Assembly (NCBI GenBank): GCA_965215015.1
Contig: OZ244042.1
Location: 1,888,001-1,952,000, forward strand
Reading direction: 5' to 3'
Length of the DNA: 64,000 nt
Source of the DNA: Candidatus Poribacteria bacterium
GTDB taxonomy: Bacteria; Poribacteria; WGA-4E; PCPOR2b
Shown here: positions 58,416-64,000 of the stretch, in pieces
Position numbering within the stretch: position 1 is the first letter of the stretch
Layout: every line of letters starts with the position of its first letter
Position numbers and translations under genes: made by a program
The notes under the pieces: generated by a model
Databases searched by the model: none
Told to the model about the DNA's origin: nothing
What the model saw: only the letters and a program-made list of their open reading frames with translations

Positions 58416-58643
58416 TCAGGCGCACGGTTTGGGTGTGTGATGCCCACAAGTTCCACATATCGGCATTTCAGGTGTTGATGCACCCGGAGTGTCCAATGTC
58501 CCAACACCAAAGACAGAAAATAACTGTGTAATGTCACCGCCTTCGCATTCAGGACAAGTGGGAGAGGGCTCTTGCCGGCTTGAAGTGAAAAGCTTCTCAA
58601 ACGTCCTATCACACTGCTTGCAACGAAATTCGTAAATTGGCAT
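58416..58643 (-). CDS. FmdB-family zinc-ribbon protein
   Basis: MPIYEFRCKQC...FE.L...CPEC. Confidence 0.85.
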   Translation of the reverse strand: MPIYEFRCKQCDRTFEKLFTSSRQEPSPTCPECEGGDITQLFSVFGVGTLDTPGASTPEMPICGTCGHHTPKPCA

Positions 58644-58715
58644 TTCGTTTCCCTCGAAAAAACCTCGAAAAAACAAAGCCCCAATGTGTGAAGTTCAAAC
58701 ATCCAGAACGGTTAA

Positions 58716-58787
58716 AGCGGGTGACGGGACTTGAACCCGTGACCCTCAGCTTGGGAAGCTGACGCTCTACCGCTGAGCTACACCCGC
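58716..58787 (-). tRNA. tRNA-Gly (CCC), CCA not encoded
   Basis: GCGGGTGTAGCTCAG...TCAGC-TTCCCAA-GCTGA...GGTTCAAGTCC...CACCCGCT. Confidence 0.95.
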
Positions 58788-58803
58788 TCAGAGAAATTTC
58801 TAA

Positions 58804-58833
58804 ATTATACTGATTGACTTATCGCATTGTCAA
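58804..58833 (-). promoter_or_regulatory. sigma70 promoter of tRNA-Gly
   Basis: Minus-strand TTGACA-18 bp-TATAAT. Confidence 0.75.
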
Positions 58834-58911
58834 GAGATTTTAGCACCCGGTACAGGATAATCGCATGTAAATAGTGGATATAACTGAAGCGTGCTCATAA
58901 TTCGAGACACA

Positions 58912-59979
58912 TTATATCTCCACCTTCTCCCCAGTTTCCGCGCTCAAATAAATTGCATCCAGCAATCTCATGAATGTCAAGGCATCAGCGGGGGACACAT
59001 CGGGGGGAGTGGTGCCACGAATCGCGCCAGCGAAATCGCGGATCTCTGCGTCGAAGTCGCCATCACTGTGCGCCACATATTCGTCGGTGAAATCATCACC
59101 TTCGGTGTAGATTGCCCCAAGCAATCGGCGTGTCCCCGAACGCTTCGTACCCGAACGTTGGGAGGTCGACTCCTGTTCGATGGTGCCACTCGTGCCTAAA
59201 ATTCGTAAACGGAGATCCCACGCGCGATCTGTCCATGTCGGAATAACGGCGGAGGTATCCATCTGGATTGTCATACCGTTGGCACACCCCACCAGAAAAC
59301 TGAGGTAATCCTCAGAATGATGGTCTACCGCCAGCGTCGTTGGAAACGCACTATGGCTAACAGCAAAAGTCCATTCGGGTTGTGGGCAGCCCATCAAAAA
59401 CCACGCCTGATCAAGGTAGTGTGAGCCGTGCTGACCCAACGCGCCGCCTTTTAACCCCCAGCGATAGAGCCAATCTCTGCCCGGGCCCGGTTCATGATTG
59501 ACCCCACGTTCCCGGTAATGATAGTGCACCCGCGCATGATATACCTGTCCGATTTTACCCGATCCGATGATTTGACGACTTTTTTTATTTTCTGCCTCAT
59601 GCCGCATGAAGTAGGAATATACAAGGGTTTTCCCACTGGCTGCCGCCACTTTATTGATCTCCTCCACATCCGCAGCGTCGCGCCCGTGCGGCTTTTGTAC
59701 TAAGACATGCTTGCCCGCATTCAACGCATCAATTACCATCGGTTTCCGCACATCAGGGGATGTGGCGACCCCAACCGCTTCCACCGCGTCGTCCGCGAGC
59801 AATTCCCGATAATCGCCGTACACTCTAGGAACATCGTTATCGGCAGCGACCTGTTGAGCGAGCTCCTGATTCAGATCGGCAACCGCCCACGCGGTAGTAT
59901 GTTCGCCTGCTTTGGCACCTGCTACCCATGTTCGACCAACTCTGCACCCGATCACCCCGATTTTGATTTTGTCCGCCAT
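58912..59979 (-). CDS. Gfo/Idh/MocA family oxidoreductase
   Basis: IGVIGC, AGKHVLVQKP, GG.L..HGSHYLD. Confidence 0.88.
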   Translation of the reverse strand: MADKIKIGVIGCRVGRTWVAGAKAGEHTTAWAVADLNQELAQQVAADNDVPRVYGDYRELLADDAVEAVGVATSPDVRKPMVIDALNAGKHVLVQKPHGRDAADVEEINKVAAASGKTLVYSYFMRHEAENKKSRQIIGSGKIGQVYHARVHYHYRERGVNHEPGPGRDWLYRWGLKGGALGQHGSHYLDQAWFLMGCPQPEWTFAVSHSAFPTTLAVDHHSEDYLSFLVGCANGMTIQMDTSAVIPTWTDRAWDLRLRILGTSGTIEQESTSQRSGTKRSGTRRLLGAIYTEGDDFTDEYVAHSDGDFDAEIRDFAGAIRGTTPPDVSPADALTFMRLLDAIYLSAETGEKVEI

Positions 59980-60001
59980 TATGATACCCTCCTTTTGCGT
60001 C

Positions 60002-60769
60002 TTACGCATCATCGGTCAACAACTGAGGAAGATGTGTTTTCATCAAGTTATCCTGCGGTTGATAACCAAGAATTTCAACGGCACCACTAATATCAAGATA
60101 GCTCTGTTGATAGGCAGTCGAATTGGCAGACCTGCCATACGTAATAAGATATTTTACAGGCCCTTCATAATCAACTGCCCGTCCAAAAAGTTGGGCACAA
60201 TCGCGCGGCGTCAGGAGTGTACTACAGGTGCGTAAATGGTTCGCTTCATACCCTCCTGTGAAAGTGCCAATACGAATACTGATAAAACGCATGTCAAAGT
60301 CATTGACAAGGTAACGACCGGCGACCTCTGCCATTCCTTTCATCGCTCCATACCAACCATCAGGATTCACCTGTTCGGCTGAAGAAAATCGCGGCGGTGA
60401 ACTCAACTGTTCGTTCCAGCCGGTGACGTGATTGGTAGAAGCAAACACAATTTTTTGGACGGCCTCCTCGCGGGCAGCTTCAAATAGCAGCATTGATGCC
60501 CCAATATCGGTCACCTCACCCGGCACCTTGCCAAATTGATCTTGAGTCACAAGGGCAAGGTGAACAACGACATCCTGATTTTTGCAAAGTTCTCGCATTC
60601 GCCGATAGTCCCGAACATCTCCCAACTCAGCGCGGGATTTCGATCCCTCAACCGCCTGGAGGTCTACCAATGTCAAGGTATATTTATCTTCCTTTTCCCA
60701 CGCCCCCCACAATGTACTGCCGACTTTGCCTGCCGCGCCGGTAATGAGCACCCGTTTTTTTATAGCCAT
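60002..60769 (-). CDS. NAD-dependent epimerase/dehydrogenase (uronate dehydrogenase-like)
   Basis: ITGAAGKVG, FASTNH, YGAMK, IRIG. Confidence 0.85.
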   Translation of the reverse strand: MAIKKRVLITGAAGKVGSTLWGAWEKEDKYTLTLVDLQAVEGSKSRAELGDVRDYRRMRELCKNQDVVVHLALVTQDQFGKVPGEVTDIGASMLLFEAAREEAVQKIVFASTNHVTGWNEQLSSPPRFSSAEQVNPDGWYGAMKGMAEVAGRYLVNDFDMRFISIRIGTFTGGYEANHLRTCSTLLTPRDCAQLFGRAVDYEGPVKYLITYGRSANSTAYQQSYLDISGAVEILGYQPQDNLMKTHLPQLLTDDA

Positions 60770-60903
60770 ATCTATCCTATCCCTTTCTGAATATGAGACA
60801 ACTGTAGTCATTCCCTATAAACCTTTGGTGCGAGTGAGTGAGGCTGCCGTTTCCACGTTCAACAGTTCATGGGTTTATTAAAAGAAGAGTTCATTAGTAC
60901 ATT

Positions 60904-61146
60904 TAGGGTTACGCAGTTGAAGGCTCAACACCTCTATAGTTCGGCGATTCATCGCCGCACCTGACACCTCTCACTGCCCGATTCATCGGGCGGCTCCAGT
61001 TAGTCCCAAAGTAGTAGGCACGTTCCCCTGTCGCAACCCTCCTTCGTCCCCTGCTTGCGGAGGGATAGAGGGGGGCGGTTATCTTCCCCCTGCTTGCGGG
61101 GGGATTAGAGGGGGGTACTACCACAAACTCACGTGCGTAACTCCTA
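60904..61146. mobile_element. MITE-like element, family B, nested in an ATGGGTT...AACCCAT inverted-repeat pair
   Basis: TAGGGTTACGCA ... TGCGTAACTCCTA. Outer ends at about 60869 and 61285. Confidence 0.65.
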
Positions 61147-61646
61147 ATTTAGACACGTTCCCCCTGTCGTAACCCTCCTTCGTCCCCTGCTTGCGGAGGG
61201 ATAGAGGGGGGGCGGTTATCTTCCCCCTGCTTGCGGGGGGATTAGAGGGGGGTACTACCACAAACTCACGTCAAAATGAACCCATAAAAAAATGGTTCTC
61301 ACGTTTCACGCCCGGCCTTTGATTGGAGAGTATATCAACAGTTCCAAACTCGTACCATTGGTTAGTAATATTGAATGCAAAAGCATAGCACGCTTTGCAA
61401 CGGTTTGCAAGCGGAATTTTTGAAGGAAGAGAATACATCGATCACACTTTATAAATCCATAGGCTCATTTCGTTCCCCTGTAGGAGGGATTTTCAAATCC
61501 CAACACTCAGTGCATTGATTCACTTGTTCATTGGTGCATGAGTCGGGCAAGAGGCCCGCCCACGATGTAGGGGCAATCTTCGGTCTACCCGCCAAAATCG
61601 GTCAAAAAACCGAAAACTAAATAGCCCTAATAGATCCATTTCGCAA

Positions 61647-61675
61647 TTGACAAACAAAGAGGAAACGGTTATAAT
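61647..61675 (+). promoter_or_regulatory. Consensus sigma70 promoter of the helicase gene
   Basis: TTGACA-17 bp-TATAAT. Confidence 0.8.
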
Positions 61676-61706
61676 CATGCCATCAGCTATTTCTTAGGAG
61701 ATGTGA

Positions 61707-64000
61707 ATGCTTTACAAAGGGTTACAATTAGATCCGTTTCAGGAGGAGGCGATTCATGCAATAGATCGGAATCGTTCTGTACTCGTCACTGCACCGACAG
61801 GTGCCGGCAAAACCGTACTGGCTGAATATGCTATTGAAAAATGTATGGAGATGGGGCGTCGCGTGATTTATACGGCACCGATTAAAGCCCTCAGCAATCA
61901 AAAGTATCGAGATTTCTATCAGGCTTATGGCGATCGCGTCGGGATTGTCACTGGCGATGTGGTACTAAACCAATCTGCTCAAGTGCTATTGATGACGACC
62001 GAGATTTTCCGCAATATAATCTTTGATAATATTACCCACTTAGACGACGTTGAATACGTCATTTTCGACGAAATCCACTACATCAACGATATCGAACGGG
62101 GAACAGTCTGGGAAGAGAGTATCATCTTTGCCCCTCAGAATATCAAATTTGCCTGTTTAAGTGCGACTATCCCAAACATCAACCAATTTGCCGAGTGGAT
62201 GCGGACCATCCGAGAGGTTGAGATTGATGTAATTGAAGAGCTGGAACGACCCGTTCCTTTGGAGCATCACCTCTACTTAGAAGGATACGGCATTGGCGAT
62301 CTTGGGTGCTTACAAAAGATTCAAAAGTCCATTATCTATGGCGACTTCGACGACTCTGACGGCTTTGAGGGCATTGACGACGAGGCCAATAACGAGGCAA
62401 CTCTTGAAGAAGCACTGCCTGATTGTCTCATTCAGACAGACCTTATTTCCTACATTCAGAATCAGAACAAACTCCCTTGTCTCTACTTCTGTTTTAGCCG
62501 CAAGGTTTGCGAGCGAAATGCAGCGTTTTATGCCAAACGGAATTTCCTGACACCCGAACAACGCAGAGAAATCCTTCACCTGTTTGATATGCTATGTACA
62601 CAATACAGCATCCGAGATGAGCGTAATATCAAAGCCTTTCGCCGCCTTGTTGCTACAGGTGTCGCGTACCACCACGCAGGCATGCTGCCAACCTTAAAAG
62701 AGGTAGTCGAACGTCTATTTACCTCTCGACTGATTCAACTGCTGTTCACAACGGAAACCTTTGCGGTTGGAATCAATATGCCGGCATGTACGGTCATTTT
62801 CGAGAGCTTGGAGAAATACGACGGCGTCAGTTTCCGATACCTGAAAGCGCGTGAATACCATCAGATGTCAGGGCGAGCGGGACGGCGTGGGATTGACCCA
62901 ATTGGTTATGTGTATGCACGCGTTTTCCCAAAATTCGCTCATTTTGAGAGTGTCAAACGGATTCTCTCCGACAAAATCGAGCCAATCGAAAGTCAGTTCA
63001 ATCTCTCCTATTCAAGTATCCTGAATCTTTATGACAAATATGGAGATGACATCTATGATGTATGCACCCAAAGCTTGAACAACTTCCAAAATCATGAACG
63101 GGTGCGGAAGACAGAAGCACAGATTCAACATAGTTCCGCAACGCTAAAAAAACTCCCCGAACCCACTTGTATTCATGACGGTATTGATGGATTTGATCAG
63201 ATTGGCAGCTATAACCATCTCCGAGATCAACTCAACGAACAGCGTAAATTCCTAAAAGTAGAGCGGCGCGTAATTAAGAGAAAAAGAGAGAAGTGGAAAC
63301 GGCAAAAGAACCGACATCAAAAGCTTATTCGGATCGAACGGCAGCTACAGCAGATGGAATCCACAAAAAATGAAAATCTCTGCCATAACTGTAAACAATT
63401 CAAAAGCTGCGATCGCAGTTACCGCAAAATCAAACAAGTTGAAAATCGGATTCAGAAACTTCAAAATAGAAAAACTGGACTTAAAAATTATCAGCGAAAA
63501 CAGATCGCTTCGCGTTTGAAAATCCTCGAAGCACTGGGATATATTGATGCCTCCGGATTGCTCGCACGCGGGAAGATTGCATCGCAAATCTACGGTTATG
63601 AAATACAGGTGACCCAACTCCTCTTCAAAGGTATCTTAGAAAAATTAAGTGAAGATGAACTCAATGTCTTGGCGATGGCGATTGTGTGCGAAGACAGAAA
63701 GGACTGGGGATACTATAAAAAACTCGAAAATAAAAAAATCCAAAGATTGCTGCGAACAGCGGACAAAGAGGTCAAAGCAATCCAAATATTAGAGGAACAG
63801 TATCAGGTTGACCCGGCGACCCCAAAGCCAGTAACAAAGTTAAGTACAGCGATGCTTGCATGGAGTCAAGGCTGTGAATTTGCAACACTGCACCAATATG
63901 CAAACTTAGCGGATGGGGACTTTGTGCGAGCGTTTCGACTCGTGATAGATCTCCTCAGGCAGGTACGCCGCGCAGTAGTTGGACACGAGTTGTTATTGGA
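61707..64000 (+). CDS. Ski2/HelY-like DEAD/DEAH-box RNA helicase (3' truncated; absent from ORF track)
   Basis: My translation: MLYKGLQLDPFQ...APTGAGKT, YTAPIKALSNQK, FDEIHY, LSAT, HHAG, TETFAVGINMP, QMSGRAGRRG. AGGAG RBS. Confidence 0.93.
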   Translation, partial: MLYKGLQLDPFQEEAIHAIDRNRSVLVTAPTGAGKTVLAEYAIEKCMEMGRRVIYTAPIKALSNQKYRDFYQAYGDRVGIVTGDVVLNQSAQVLLMTTEIFRNIIFDNITHLDDVEYVIFDEIHYINDIERGTVWEESIIFAPQNIKFACLSATIPNINQFAEWMRTIREVEIDVIEELERPVPLEHHLYLEGYGIGDLGCLQKIQKSIIYGDFDDSDGFEGIDDEANNEATLEEALPDCLIQTDLISYIQNQNKLPCLYFCFSRKVCERNAAFYAKRNFLTPEQRREILHLFDMLCTQYSIRDERNIKAFRRLVATGVAYHHAGMLPTLKEVVERLFTSRLIQLLFTTETFAVGINMPACTVIFESLEKYDGVSFRYLKAREYHQMSGRAGRRGIDPIGYVYARVFPKFAHFESVKRILSDKIEPIESQFNLSYSSILNLYDKYGDDIYDVCTQSLNNFQNHERVRKTEAQIQHSSATLKKLPEPTCIHDGIDGFDQIGSYNHLRDQLNEQRKFLKVERRVIKRKREKWKRQKNRHQKLIRIERQLQQMESTKNENLCHNCKQFKSCDRSYRKIKQVENRIQKLQNRKTGLKNYQRKQIASRLKILEALGYIDASGLLARGKIASQIYGYEIQVTQLLFKGILEKLSEDELNVLAMAIVCEDRKDWGYYKKLENKKIQRLLRTADKEVKAIQILEEQYQVDPATPKPVTKLSTAMLAWSQGCEFATLHQYANLADGDFVRAFRLVIDLLRQVRRAVVGHELLL

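Noticed and set aside
49995-58790. Integrated element at the tRNA genes
   Set aside because: No integrase and no duplicated tRNA 3' end was seen in the window.

Overview
This is a bacterial chromosome segment. The gene repertoire suggests a Candidatus Poribacteria-like genome (inference): several PhyH dioxygenases, Gfo/Idh/MocA oxidoreductases and BNR/sialidase-like proteins, plus a large cytochrome c-LRR-cohesin-dockerin protein ending in an 'NYPNPFNPETWIPY' module. Core genes include a double-length uvrA, rpiA, pyk, a 2-oxoacid:ferredoxin oxidoreductase alpha/beta pair, mutS2-dnaG-rpoD, three tRNAs (Val-CAC, Ile2-CAT, Gly-CCC), an LptD-like 3' fragment and a Ski2/HelY-like helicase cut by the window end. 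There is no CRISPR array, rRNA or intact transposase. The two most unusual proteins are (i) a cold-shock domain fused through a Pro-rich linker to two tandem Hfq/Sm-like domains, a candidate new RNA-chaperone architecture, and (ii) a stand-alone 553-aa protein with the ordered motif set of a VTC/triphosphate-tunnel domain followed by a possible second, degenerate CYTH-like domain. Intergenic DNA is filled with several families of non-autonomous TIR-bounded elements that nest inside each other and carry interchangeable GTAG-hairpin (REP-like) and GC-rich hairpin modules. Other oddities are near-identical tandem 7Fe ferredoxins next to DUF971, an orphan E2 acyltransferase with no peripheral subunit-binding domain, and a small divergently transcribed RHH/coiled-coil islet. 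All domain calls are by-eye motif recognition; no searches were run.
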